DNA of 64,000 nt from Amoebidium appalachense (taxonomy: Eukaryota; Protista; Ichthyosporea). The notes beneath the pieces were generated by a model. The model searched no databases. It had not been told where the DNA came from and saw only the letters and a program-made list of their open reading frames with translations. The position numbers and the translations under genes are program-made. Of this stretch, positions 1 through 23,309 are shown in pieces. Every line of letters begins with the position of its first letter. The stretch's first letter is position 1. The DNA lies in NCBI GenBank assembly GCA_963693365.1, contig CAVNZM010000008.1, positions 9,056,818 through 9,120,817 on the forward strand, in the 5' to 3' direction.

Positions 1-69
<69 letters not shown>

Positions 70-534
70 GAGAGAGAGAGAGAGAAATACACCCCATACC
101 CATGCTACTTCCCAACCCCAAGACACTTTCTCAACAGACCATATATTTTTGGAAATTTGCATTCACCATGTTTTCACGATTCAGAAAACAGCCGGCAGAA
201 TCGCGGCAAACTTTGAAAAACATACGTGCATAAATTCTATGTCATGGTTACACCCAAGGTTTATAATCCGCGCTGAATAATATTTTGTAATACATGCCCG
301 CGGTTTCTTACGTGTTAATTACATGACATGAAATTATTTAATGCCTTAATATACTCTTGCAAGAAAATACTCTTATTATAAGACTACATTCCAGGAAGAA
401 GGGGGAGGGGGGGGCGGTAGGAGGAGGAGAAGGAAGGAACTTCGAACCGTCGCTTTCCGGGCTAGGTAATATTTCGCCAGACCAAAGGGCTTGACGTTGT
501 TGTATTGTGTGAGTGTATCACGGTGTGTTAGTAT

Positions 535-576
<42 letters not shown>

Positions 577-751
577 TGCGCGCACACGTACGTGTGCCTG
601 TGCGTGTGAGTGTGTGAGTGTGTGTGAGTGTGTGTGTGTGCTCTCGCGCATGAGTGTGCGCATGTAGGTGAGCACATCGACAATTTGTGAATGAGACTAT
701 GATATCAAGGTTCTACCATATATGCGACATTGCTAAAATTCACCGCTATGG

Positions 752-2292
752 TCACTCGTCGTCATGATCCTCTCTCTTTTGCCTGCTAGCAGCGAATTCT
801 GCTCTCCACTCACACAACATATTCTTTAACTGCATTTCATTTACCTCGGCCGAATTTATCAATCTGCCCAACCCACAATCCGTTTCAGGATCAAAATCGT
901 TCTCCTCCTGCCGGGCGGCTTTTAGATGTTCAATCGTCACCATCTGCCCCCCTTGCGACGCCAATCGGAACGCAACAGGACTAGCAGCACCACCGATGGA
1001 GGGTCTTCGTGCATGGTCCGGACCCCCCCGCCAAATTCGACGACGCGTTTTTAATATCCGAACCCAGGGAATACAGTGCCGCCGCTATAGATTGACTCAT
1101 GGGTTCGGGCCCGGAATATCCCCTCTTGCGCCCCTTCCGTGTCAACATCAGGTCGGACTCCGTGTGGCTGACCGGAAGAGAGAGTTTTCGTCCCTGGTCG
1201 TTGTTCGAATCTTCCGAACTACTGGGGTCTATTCGTGGGGATCCTGCCGCGGAACCCCCCGTAGGTGGGGTTAGTACATCGTGACACGGGAAGAAAATTG
1301 TGCTTACGGAAAGAGATCGTCCGCGCGGCGCAAGACCGGGGAAAGTGGGTAGTCTTAGTGTCGGCGTGCGTGGCATTTCCGGAGTGGAGGGGGTGCTTCT
1401 CGTTTTTTCGTCGCTCACGGGGGGGTCGAAGAGCGACATTGGCGAGGTTCCCACGGGAAATCGGGTCCTCGTGCTCATGGTCGTGGGGTAGGTCGCTCGA
1501 GGGGAGAATGACTTCGCACGTGGGTACGCTTCTGCTGATGCGTGGGCTCGCCAACGGGCAGCTTTCTATTTTTGGAAGGACGGGGCTCGGGTTCGCAGAG
1601 AGTGCATGTGGGTCGTCGAGCTCCCCATGGGAAAGACGGGTTGAGGAGCGGCCGAAATGATACCTCGGGAGTTGGCTCTCACTGGCTGACCCCTTCATTC
1701 GTCGATCCATTTTCACGCGCAATGAGTCGTTTGAATCCCCTACGACGAAGAGGCGCGATACTACCCTCCTACCAAACTCTCTGAATCCTGCCTTCGAAAA
1801 ACCGGTCTTTTTGAAGCCTCGCTCACCACGAATCTCGTGATCTGGTGCACTCTCCGAGTACACAGTTTCGGAAAATTTCTCCATTTTTTGCGGTTTTTGG
1901 TTGCCATCCCCTTGGCCACCAGCAGAAATACCTAAGTCACTATCGCTTACACGGGCAAGGGTTGCTGTTATAGAACTCTTCGAGCGTAATGCCGCCCGAA
2001 TTCCGGGTTTTTTGCTCTTGGGTTTTGGCTCCTCCGGTCGTGTTATCGTCGGCAATGGGATAAGATTTCCTCGACTACCTGACGATGGTTTTGACTGTGT
2101 TTCCTCATCTGTGTTCGAATTCCCGGAAACCTGCCTCTTTTCCGGTATTAACTCTAGAATGTTTTCCTGGCTGCGAAGAATGGGCGGTGTTTCTGTAGAA
2201 ACATGGAGGGTCGTATGGTCGTCATGGTCTTGCAGTCCATGTGTGTCCAGATTTGGTAAATCCCAATTTGGGTATCCAACGCGTGCCACCAT
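752..2292 (-). pseudogene. Intronless low-complexity (Ser/Pro/Arg-rich) coding region of unknown function, broken by at least 2 frameshifts (pseudogene or assembly indels)
   Basis: Three consecutive same-strand ORFs (2292-1219, 1478-981, 964-752) lie in repeat-free, coding-like sequence. There is an ATG at 2292 and a TGA at 752-754. No recognisable domain. Confidence 0.4.
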
Positions 2293-3336
2293 TCTCGGTG
2301 CTCCTTAAAACATTCCTCCTAGAGCCTCTTCTATGTTTTACGTGTAGACTGAGACTGTGCTACAAAAGGGACATGTGCGGGCTTGGTGTTGTGCTGTTTC
2401 AGATTTGTGCGAACATGTAGCTTTTATGAGTGTGAGAATGTGTGAGCAACTGAGAAACTAACTATAGATTAAGTGTCCTGGTTCAGGCCCTACCCTCAAG
2501 GAAGAGAAGCTGTAGGTATTAAAACGGGAACATGTGATCGCAGATTCCCCCCAGTGCTATCACTGCACTGCAGCACAAGCCGATGTGTTATCATCTAGAT
2601 GTCCAGCTAGCTCACCTCGAAATCCAGAGAGCAAAACTTCAAAGGAAACTTGTTGGTTGAGCGAAAATATACTATCGCATATGCATGCGCTCTCACTCAC
2701 CACTAGGGTATTTGGCGAAGAGACCTACAATTGCAAGATTACAATGTTGGCCTAAGAATACACACCAAGTGCCTCTCAATGCAATAGTGGCAAAATAGTG
2801 GCACATTTTCTCTAAAAGGAATGTCCTCGCGCAGATCCTCAGGCTGAGATAGTATCTGAACTTACAGCTAGAATTTAACATACCGATGTTGATTGGATGA
2901 AAGTAAGCTAATGATCCACTTACATCTTAGTTTGCGGTCCATAAGTTAAAAAATCAGTGCGCTTTATTTCTGCTTCGATAGTTTTTATCATTGGAACGAA
3001 GCACAGGGCGACAACCCGTGGGTAACACCGCACGTGCAAAGTTTTCAACTGTTCAAGAGCCATCCTCGTGAATTTTTTTGCACATCCGATTACATGAACT
3101 TCATACAAACCCCATGCGACTACATAGCATGGTCCTTTATAAAATTTTTATTTGAATTTGTAAATGGATTGTTTTGAAAACTGATGCTTACTCCCCAAGA
3201 CTGTGTGGTTATGAATAGCGGGTATACCATGCTATACGTATACGTCAACGTTGATCATTGATCACGCCACAGGTTGACCATGAACGAGTGATCGCTTGTC
3301 ACCGCCCTATGCCCATGAAAGAGAGAGAGAGAGACT

Positions 3337-3420
<84 letters not shown>

Positions 3421-3430
3421 TCGCGATCGC

Positions 3431-3505
<75 letters not shown>

Positions 3506-3770
3506 TGTGTGTGTGTGTGTGTGAAAGAAAAAGAGAGAGAGTCACAGACCGGGAGACTCCCAGGAGAGAAAGGGAGGAAGTGAGTCTTAGAAACACTGCA
3601 TGTGCACACCGGTGTGACACTGTGACTTTGTGTATGTTGATCAACGGTGTGTGTATGTGAATGAGTGGCCACTCTTCATTATTATAATTTATTGATGTAA
3701 ATCATTATCAGGCCCTGAGATTTGCCTAACAGTGTGTACATCGCTCTTTCCCATACAAATAGATAGAGAT

Positions 3771-3805
<35 letters not shown>

Positions 3806-3957
3806 CCACCACCACCACACACAAAAAAAATATGGGTACGAAGACTCAAGATGATTACATGTGCATCATTCCTTTTTGAGAATACACATAATAAGAGAAG
3901 AGACCACAGACATGACACATGCCAGCCATGAACACCATAGTAACACATGTCAGACAG

Positions 3958-13101
<9,144 letters not shown>

Positions 13102-14596
13102 CTGTAGTATTCTTGCGTTGTTGCAAGGGACAGTAACACCACCGACTGAGCTGCTTGCGTTCAAGTGTCACCAGCACAATGCTGCTTTACCTCCGCTGAG
13201 TTCCACCAGACCGGCTATTTTGTCGCTTAATTGTCACTGTGGCCTGTCCAACAAGAAGGAGCCGCAGCTGGCAACCCGTATGTTACAAACTTGTGGCGAG
13301 ATCTACGGTAAGCTCTGGAAAGATCTACCCCGTTTAGTATAATACTTGCTAAAAAAAATACAAAAGAGACGGCAAGTGCCCGGAACCTGCACAAACGTTA
13401 TCAAGCTGTCCGGGATTGGTTTCTATCCGCGAGCTCTGTCAAGCCTCTCGCCAATTTCTTTTCCCCAAGAGAATTGCACGGAAGCCTTAGTATTGAAGTA
13501 GCTTGTATAATACAGGTGACTAATTTGTCACAGTATTATATTATCACAATATAACAGCACCCTCGAGCTCTGGCGTCCTCCCCTTTTTGCCACTCTTTAA
13601 GTCGCCCGAGTCTCGACCAGCCCACACAAACACTCACGCATGGACCGTTGTGTCAAGTTTCGTTTTTTTCAACCGTAATTCCCGCCCATGAAAATCTATC
13701 CTATAAAAGCAATTTATGTCTGCGGCCAAAACCATCACAGTGCCACGTCATCAAGGGGATGAGCCACCACAAAAAAGCAGAAACGAAACCTCGGTGTTTT
13801 CACAGTGTGTCTTTGAAGGGTTGGGTGTGTTAGTTTCCTTATATATGCGTGGCCATCTTATAACCAGTTATAGAGGAAAAAAGGCGGGCTGGAAAAAAGA
13901 AAAGCGATTGGAAGGAGATTACCCGAAGAAAATTCTGTAAGAAGGAGAGGCATTCTGAATTGAGGTGTGCTGACGAGTCGTTTTTGTGTGATCAGGTGGA
14001 GGGATAATTTGATCTAGCTGGGAACCAGAACTTGTGAATACAGGAAAACTTCTGAATGAAGCTTATTATATTGTAAGCATTTTAGCCAAAAGAAACGGCC
14101 CGACAGACGATCTCCATAACCCTGTCCGGACAAACGGCAAATCAAGGCTGGTTCCCATTTACCTGCCAATCAAGCGTTTTCTCCCCCTTTCATTAATGTG
14201 CGTGTCTCGTGTTGATGAAAGCGTACAAGAAAATTGCTTATTCCTATGGTCAACGTGGCCTATGGGAGTTGGAAACGGGGGGCATTTCTACACTCTCACG
14301 TTGCTTGGTTTGTTCGCGTCCATATTCCATCTAGAGTGTCTTGAGCACCTTTGTGTTAGCGTTTCCACAAAGGGAGCAACGATATCTGCTTGCTACTCCG
14401 CTTTTCCTTTGTGGCATGCTCGGGGGGCGTAAAGTATCTGCTGATTGTACACCGTACAGCATGCTACTTACTTCTTGCATTACAGCTGCAACCATGCCTG
14501 CCCTTTTAAGAATTATGATCTTCGTGTTCTGACGTTGTTTTACAGCCTCGCCCTTTACTTTTGTGTTGACTCCCAGTCGTCACCCGGTCTGCAACA
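13102..14596. promoter_or_regulatory. Probable bidirectional promoter and 5' UTR region between NAA50 and UFD1
   Basis: A ~1.5-kb microsatellite-free interval between two divergently oriented start codons. Confidence 0.55.
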
Positions 14597-15825
14597 ATGG
14601 TAAGTGCTTTTTCTGGCCTGTTCCGTCACCTCTCACTGTGGCCTTTTGGTTGGAGAGAGATTTGATTTCAGACCCTATCTCTCACTCTTCATGCTTTCGC
14701 TAAACAGATTCAACTGTCGTTCCTTGATATTTCATGTACCACCACCGTATTCCTTCTTCTTCTTCCTCCTCCTCCCCTTCTTCCCCTCCCTCCCCTCCCC
14801 CTTTCCCTCTCACACATCTTTCTCTCCCCCCTCCCCTCCCTCCCTCACTCCCTCTTTCTTGCTTGCCCCCCCCCCCCCCCCCCCCCCCTGGCCCCCACCT
14901 TGTCACCCGCCCTCCCACCCGCCAGCCTTTACAGAAAGCAAGCTGTACTTGTGCATTGTAGTGTCTGCTGTATAAGCATTTTAGCCTCTTTCGTCTTTTT
15001 TTTTTTTTCTTTTCTTTTTTTGTTGGGTCAACTCGTGCTGGGGTTGTGCACTGCTCACATGCACGCTCGTTTAAGTGCCATGCCTCTCCCTTTGGGGTTG
15101 GCTGTGACGTCAAGCATTTTGTTGTAGGAATGATTTTAAAAAAGGAATCCGGATTATCTTTCTGACGTTGGTGCACTTGCAGTATGCTCCGTTCGGAATG
15201 CCCATGTTCCATGGGCCATATGTCAAGAAGCTTCGCGCCTATCCAGCTGTGTACTACTCGAACGAGAGATTGACTGCTGGCATTGACCAGGGCGGAAAAA
15301 GTGAGTTTTTTGTTTTTGCGTGGAGTTTTTCTCGCGTTTCTCCCAGCCCCCCCCCCCCCCCCCCCCCCCCCCCCTGCCCGTGCGCGACCACACACATGCA
15401 CTTGCACACGCACACGCACGCACACATGCACACACAGTTTCAGTGGGCACATTCTTGTCATTTCATGCATCATTATTTAAATTTCACGCACTTAGTTCCT
15501 GTTGGGATTCCTCCGAGCAATATGCAGTATGCCCATCTCTCACTCTCTTTCCCCTCCCCCCCCCCCCCCCCCCCCCCCCCCCCGCCGGGCTGAAGCGAAC
15601 ACACACATTCTCTGTTCTTTTCCTTTGATGGAACGTTCCCTGTGTAGAAATATCACGTTGTATTTCAATCGAATTTCTCACTAAATTTATTTGCGGTTCT
15701 CGCTGCTGGCAATCCTGGTGAAGTCGTTTGCCTTTCCTTCCGCAGTTTATTTCTGTGACAGACTTGAACGTGTGCGATTCGCAAAGTACATGACTGTTGA
15801 TAACAGCTGCCCCCCCTGTTAACCT

Positions 15826-15891
<66 letters not shown>

Positions 15892-16486
15892 GGGGGGGGG
15901 TATGTGTGTGTGCGCGCGCGTCCTTGCGTGCTTGTGTGCTGTTTTCGGGGGCAGGGGGGGAATGGGTGGGCGGTTTTTTCTGTGTGTGTGTATGGGGGGG
16001 GGGGGGGGGGGGGGAGGGGGGGGGGAGGGGGTGGAGATGGGGATGGGGCAGAACTGGGTGTTTTCGCATCCCCCCGCCCCCCTCCACAAAAATAAAAATA
16101 GAAAGTAAAAACAGAAAATGAAGAAGAAGAAGAAGAAGATGATGATGATGATGAACAAAGAAAGAAAGAAAAAAAAGGGGGGGGGGGGGGGGGAGGGGGA
16201 GGAGGAGGAGGGGGACGGCTATAGGTTGGCATCTGGTTTCGTGTGGGCTAATGGCAGCTTGGAGATTGAGAAGAAAAAGGCGATATTCCATGTTCTATGT
16301 TAGTCGCATATTATATGTTAGTCGCATATTATTTGTAAATCGTACATTATATGTTAGTCGCATATTATATATTAGTTTTCTTCGGAAAAAAGATTGATCA
16401 ACCTACATACTGACACTGTATTCTATTCCAGTTCTTCTACCTCCCAGCATGCTGAATGAACTGAGTAAGTGAAGCAAAATCCCCCC

Positions 16487-16533
<47 letters not shown>

Positions 16534-16913
16534 TGATGGGCTCTCCTTGTGCACGCTCTTTGTGTGGGTTACACTCTGTTTTGTGTTGTCCATTGTGATT
16601 GTGTACCTTTTACTCGTAATGCATTCTACTCCCCCCCCCCACAAACACACACACACTATGTGTGCTCCTTATAGAGGGCAGAATTTGCAATCTGTCGTTT
16701 TTCGAAATGTGGACGTTGTACTATGTTCTACCCCCCCCCCCCCCCCCCCCCTCCCCCCCCCCCCTTCCCACCCAACTTTCCCCCCCTTCCCCCCGATGAC
16801 GGGCTCTGTGGAAATGCCTCTCACCTGAGTGTTTGTTTGGTTTCTGTTTTGTGTTTTCGTTTTGTGGTTTTAGATGTGTATGCCTACCCTTTCAGGCGTC
16901 ATCCCTCTTTCCC

Positions 16914-16963
<50 letters not shown>

Positions 16964-18587
16964 TCCCTGTTTAACGTCCCCTTTAACCTGGTAACGCAAT
17001 TCCTCCTCCCTCCCCTCTCCCCTCTTTCTCTTCCCCCCCCCCCCCCCCCCCCCCCCCCCTTCACATCCAAACCCACTCTTGGGGAGGCATAGAAGCGCCT
17101 TTGATGATGGGCTGTGTTCAAGTGCCTTCTGCCTGCACACTTTTTGTTTTTTCCATTTTTGAATTGTTTGGTATCGATTTTTTTTATTTTTGTGACGTTT
17201 TGTATTTTGTGCTTTTTGGTGTTTCCTCCATAATTCCAACCCTCTAATGCATACATCCCCTCCCCCTTCCCCTCCCCCCTCCCCCCTCCCCCTCCCCCCC
17301 TCCCCGCCCACCCGCCCGTTTTCAGTACTTTGCTTCTCCATCTGTTTCCCGGTTGTTAACTTCTTTCTCTCTCCCTTCTCTTTCAGCACCACTACAGTTG
17401 AATATGTTGAAGGCAATCTGTTTGTTTCTAATTGGGAAGTGACACTTTGATCCCCTAGGGCCTTCTGTCGCAATGTGGTTGCCGTGTTTAACGGTGTAAA
17501 TTTAGATTACGTACTCCATGTCCAAAACCTACCGTGATATTAATTCCATGTAAAATCATATGGCTGCACAGTGCAAATGGATATTCCCTACCCTAAAATC
17601 CAATACTTACTATGACATTTATTTTTCCATACTATGATAAACCTATATGCCTATGTAGTGGGGGTTGCCTACCCTGTGCTTGTACTTTCCATGGCAATTC
17701 CCCACGCTGAACTTATATTCCCACATTAGCGCAAGAGAGATTCCCATCCCCATGCTATTTGTTTTGATGACTATTTCCTACACTAAACCTAATGTTCCTA
17801 CACAGCACAAATGGAGAATGCCTACCCCATGCTCAATGCTTCCTATTTTATTTTATTCCTTGTTAACCCCAGTATAGTTTTTATAGATCTAATTAAAAAA
17901 CAGGAATATGCCCCACAATAGTACTCCGCAGCAAACCCAATATTCCCACACAGCACAAATGGAGATTGCCTATCCCATGCTGTTTGAGCTGAAGAACGAG
18001 AAGCTACAGCGCCGTTCCCATGTGGGTGTGCTCGAGTTCAGCGCAGAGGAGGGCAGAACCTACCTCCCACAGTGGGTACGTTCGAATGTTCGGACTATGG
18101 GGTGGAAAGGAACAAAATAGAAATCTACGACTTTTTTAACGAGCTCCTATTGGTCAACGACATAGCAGCCAGTGTGCTCATGATCATGCTCAATGGCGTA
18201 TCTATATATGACGGCAGCTTAGTCAAAAGTTAGCCTTAGAGCTACTATCGAGATTACACACTATTCGAAAGTAATTTGAAGTACATAAAGCCTTTTTCCC
18301 AATAGTAAACAGGCTTTGGATGCCTAATACATGAAAAAGTTTTTGTAGTGCCTTGTAGACAGCGCGATGGGCTTGATTTCAGCCCGGTAGTCATGAGCCG
18401 CGCCTGTCAGTCAGCCCAGCCGATCAGCGGCTGTCAGCCTCCTTGAATCTGGTCAAATCAACCAATCGGGTAGCCTTAAAAGAGTCGTAGCGTTTCTATT
18501 CTGTTCCTTTCCACCCCATAGTCATTTCCCAGTTCTTTTATTCTTTATTATCCTTTTTTTTTTCTTCTTTTCTTTTTTCTTTTTTTT

Positions 18588-18618
<31 letters not shown>

Positions 18619-18622
18619 GGGG

Positions 18623-18656
<34 letters not shown>

Positions 18657-18985
18657 GGGAGGGAGGGGGAGGGGGGATGATACTTTTTTTTTGGGGGGGG
18701 GGGGGGGTTTCAATTTTTTTTTTTTTTTTGGGGGGGGGGGGGGGGGATGATACTTTCCTGGATTTTTTTTTGTGTGTGTGTGTGCATGCCAGAGGAGGGC
18801 TGAACCTACCTTCCACAGTGGGTAGGTTTTGAAATGTTCGGGCTAGTGATTTCATTTTTTTCCCCTTGTCGTCTTATCGGTTTCTTAATCCCCTTTCCCC
18901 TGATTTGGCCCATGTTCTGTACTCGTGTTCTTCTTGTTTTCTGTCTTCTTTATTTCCATTTCTTTTATTCTTTATTATCTTTTTT

Positions 18986-19035
<50 letters not shown>

Positions 19036-19079
19036 TCTGAGCGATCTTGGCTGATGGATTCCCCCCCCCCTCCCCCCCT

Positions 19080-19123
<44 letters not shown>

Positions 19124-19446
19124 TCACACTCACACTCACACAGGGACACACGGACACAGAAAATTTGATTCCCTCTTGTTAGCATGGCACATCCCTGACC
19201 CCATCCCCCCCTTCCCCCCCCCCCCCCCAGATGATGACCAACCTAGGGCTGGCCGGTGGGGAGCTAGTAGTTGTGTCCAACGTGTCTCTGCCCAAGGGCA
19301 CTTTTGCAAAGTTCCAGGCTCAGTCAACAGACTTTCTCGACATCTCAAACCAGCGTGCTGTGTACGTGCCTACCCTCCCCCCTTCCCCCCCCCCCCCCCC
19401 CCCCCCCCCAACCAACCAACCAAAAAAAAAAGAGAGAAAAGGCGAA

Positions 19447-19490
<44 letters not shown>

Positions 19491-20219
19491 AGGGAGAAGA
19501 AGAAGAAGAAGAAGGCACGCACATACACACGCGCACACGCTTTTTGCCCACCCTTCGTGGGTTTGTGTGTGGGCATCCGGCGGGTGGGTGGGTGGATGTG
19601 TGTGTGTTGTGTGTGTGTGTGTGTGTGCGTGTGTGCGTGTGCGCGTGTGTGATTGTATGTCAAGACAAGTCACAGACACATGACTGTTTTGGCTTTTTAC
19701 TGGTACGATCTCTTTTCATAGCCATACGGAAGTTCACCACATATTTATTGCTTGCACTAATAACGGCCTCCAATCAGAACAAGGCAGAATTTGCCATACG
19801 ATTGGATGGCGGTCTGAATTCATTCCTTGCCGGCTCCAGGGAATCTGAGCAAAGCAACATTTATTTCATAGTTCGAACCATTGCGACCAATCATACGATT
19901 ACAAGGACCTGGCTTTGTTCTGATTAAATGCCGTGCAGTGCAAGCACTATAGAAATCTTGGAATAATGCCGACCTAATCGTCTGATTTTGGGTGCAGGCT
20001 CGAAAAGACTCTGCGCAACTTTGCGTGCCTGACGGAGGACGACACCATCTCTCTGCGCTACAACGACAGAGACTACGAGCTCAAGGTCATCGAGGTAACT
20101 AACTGCTCAATAGAACCCCCCCCCCCCCCCTACCCCCCTACCCTCCGCTTCAACACCCTTCCCCCTCCCCCCCCCCCCCCCCCTTCTCTTCCATCGAGGT
20201 GCATGCTCCTTCGGGCCCT

Positions 20220-20253
<34 letters not shown>

Positions 20254-20301
20254 CTCCCGCCGTCCGCAGGAAGTCCATCCTTATGATGTTCATCCTCCCG
20301 G

Positions 20302-20361
<60 letters not shown>

Positions 20362-20534
20362 GCACTTCAACTTCTCTACTTCAACTTCTCTACTTCAACT
20401 TCTCTACTTCAACATAAGCACTCTGGACCCACTGCCGCACCCCAACACAATCACTTGTGCATGAGAAGTGTCTTCTCGTGCACGCACAAACTTGCACCGA
20501 CCGACACCGACGAAAACACCCCTAACAACCCTCC

Positions 20535-20579
<45 letters not shown>

Positions 20580-21189
20580 ACCCACCCATGTTCAAGTGAA
20601 ACAGTATCTGAGTTGGGTTTCGTTAACGAGGTGAATAGGTTGAAACTCGGGTACTGTGGATGACGTGGGCCCCCCCTGAGGATGGGCTCTGCTTATTATG
20701 CATACTCTTTATGTATGGCTTGCATTCTGCATCGTGTTATCCGTTTGTTCTTGTGTACTTCGTACTTTTTGACGCATTCAACCCCCCTCCCCCCCCCCCC
20801 CCCGGCTCTCCTTTCATATATGATGCATAATGTGTAGGTGTGTGTGTGCTTCTTTTTGCAAAACTATCACTGCTTCGTCCCTAATGAATTTGTGCGCCGT
20901 ACCCTATTACTCATTCTAACAAACCCTCTCCCCCAAACCCCACAACCCCTCAAACCACCCCCGCCCCCCCCCCCCCCCCCCCACACACACAAACACACGT
21001 CCCCTCCCTCTCGCTCCACCCCCTCCCCTCCTCCACCCCCCCCCCCCCCCTCCCTCCCTCCCCGCTCCACTCCCATCCCCTTCCCCTCCCACTCACACAC
21101 CCATCCACCCCTCCTCCTTCCCCCCCCCCCCCCCCCCCCCCCCCCTCCCCCCCCCCCCCCCCCCCCCACCCCACCCCCGTCCCCCTCCC

Positions 21190-21220
<31 letters not shown>

Positions 21221-21421
21221 ACACACACGTACACAGACCAAGCCCAAGGGAGCCATCAGCATCATCGAGTGTGACCTGCACGTTGACTTTGCTGCCCCCG
21301 TGGGCTATGTCGAACCCCAAAGAGTCTACACCCCCCAGATCCCTGTCATGCCTCCCATCCCTGCCTTTGCAACCCCACCAACTGTAAGAGCTCCCCCCCC
21401 CCCCCTCCCCCCCTCCCCCTC

Positions 21422-21463
<42 letters not shown>

Positions 21464-21766
21464 AAAAAAAAAAAAGAAAGGGGGGAAGGGGGAGGGGGGG
21501 GGGGGAGGGGGGGGGGTGGGGGAGGGAGAGAGGGGGGGGGGGGGGGGGGGAAGAGAAGAAAGGGGGGAAGAGGGAGAGAGAGAGAGAGAGAGAGATGAAA
21601 GAAAGAAGAATGAAACAAGATTCAGATAGATGCAAATCATCGGGAAAACAGTATGCTTGAAAAACATGGTTCGTTTTTTTGATTTTGACTTCTAATGAAA
21701 ATTAAGTGCTCCTGGGTGTGTGTGTTGGGGGGGAAGGGGGGGAGCAAGGTAGAGGAGTGTGTGTGT

Positions 21767-21797
<31 letters not shown>

Positions 21798-22190
21798 GGG
21801 GGGGGGGGAGCAAATGAAGAGAAGTGGTTGGGGGGGAGGGGGGGGGGGGGAGGGGGGGGGGGGGGGGCAAAACGGAGTTGTAAGTTTTTGCTTTGTTGCA
21901 GAGCATGACAGACAAAGATGACACGAGCAGCAAGGGAAGCACCACACGCAAGCAAAGCTTCATGCCCTTTGGCGGGTCGGGCAGCCGCATAGGTGCGTAA
22001 AAAAAAAAAAAAAAAAAAAAAGACGAAAATGTTGGTGTGTGGGCGTTTGGGGGGTTTGTGCTAAATTTCATAGCCTGCAATATTCCTCCTTTTTTTATGG
22101 TTTTATAAAATCCTTTTATTTTTGGTGCACAAAAACTTCCCGCCCAAATTTCTATATATGCAATCGTCGTTTGTCGCCTTTTTTTTTTTT

Positions 22191-22231
<41 letters not shown>

Positions 22232-22500
22232 CATTTTAGGCTTCACTCATGCATGTAGGTGGTTGATATACGTTGTCTGTGTGCACGTGTGTAGGCGTAA
22301 ATCGCCAGCCTGCCCTGTCCTGCCTGTCTGCCTGCCTGTATCTCTGTGTGTTGTTATAGGCCCAGAGAGTTGATGTTCCCTTTTGCAGACGGCAAGGCCA
22401 AGGGCAAGGGCAAACTGGCTGCAGACAGCAGCATGGTCAAGAATGACAGCGCAGTCTCCATCAGCACTATGACGTATGAGTGCCCTTCCCCCCTCCGCCC

Positions 22501-22533
<33 letters not shown>

Positions 22534-22537
22534 ACCC

Positions 22538-22575
<38 letters not shown>

Positions 22576-23014
22576 CCCCTCCTTGCCTTCTATGGTTGCC
22601 ATCCCCTAATGCATAACCCAATTCCTCTTGCCCTCCCCCCTCCCCTTCCTCCCCCCCCCCCCCCTCCCCCTAGAAGCCCCGTCTCCTGAGTTCCTATCTA
22701 TATTTTTCTTGCTTCTGCTTACTGCTGCAACTTTAACCCCCGGCCTTTCCCACTGCCCTTGCCTGCATAAGCAACCCTGCTCGTCTCTGATCAAGACGGG
22801 TGACCTACTCATGTTCAAGTGAAACAGTATCTGAGTTGGGTTTCGTTAACGAGGGGAATAGGTCGAAACTCGGGTACTGTGGATGACGTGGGCCCCCCCT
22901 GAGGATGGGCTCTGCTTATTATGCATACTCTTTATGTATGGCTTGCATTCTGCATCGTGTTATCCGTTTGTTCTTGTGTACTTCGTACTTTTTGACGCAT
23001 TCAAAACCCCCCCT

Positions 23015-23045
<31 letters not shown>

Positions 23046-23240
23046 CCCTCCGTTCCTCCTCCCTCCTTCCGCCGTAGTCTCCATACTCTGAATGAAACAC
23101 CTCCTATCCCTACTCCCCTTCCCGGTGTACTTGAATATGTACTCTGCAATGCATCCCCCCCCCCCCCCCCTTAAATCTCCAACCCACTCCCCTCCCCCCC
23201 CCCCCCCCCCCTTGAAACTCACCCACCCACCCACACGCAC

Positions 23241-23309
<69 letters not shown>

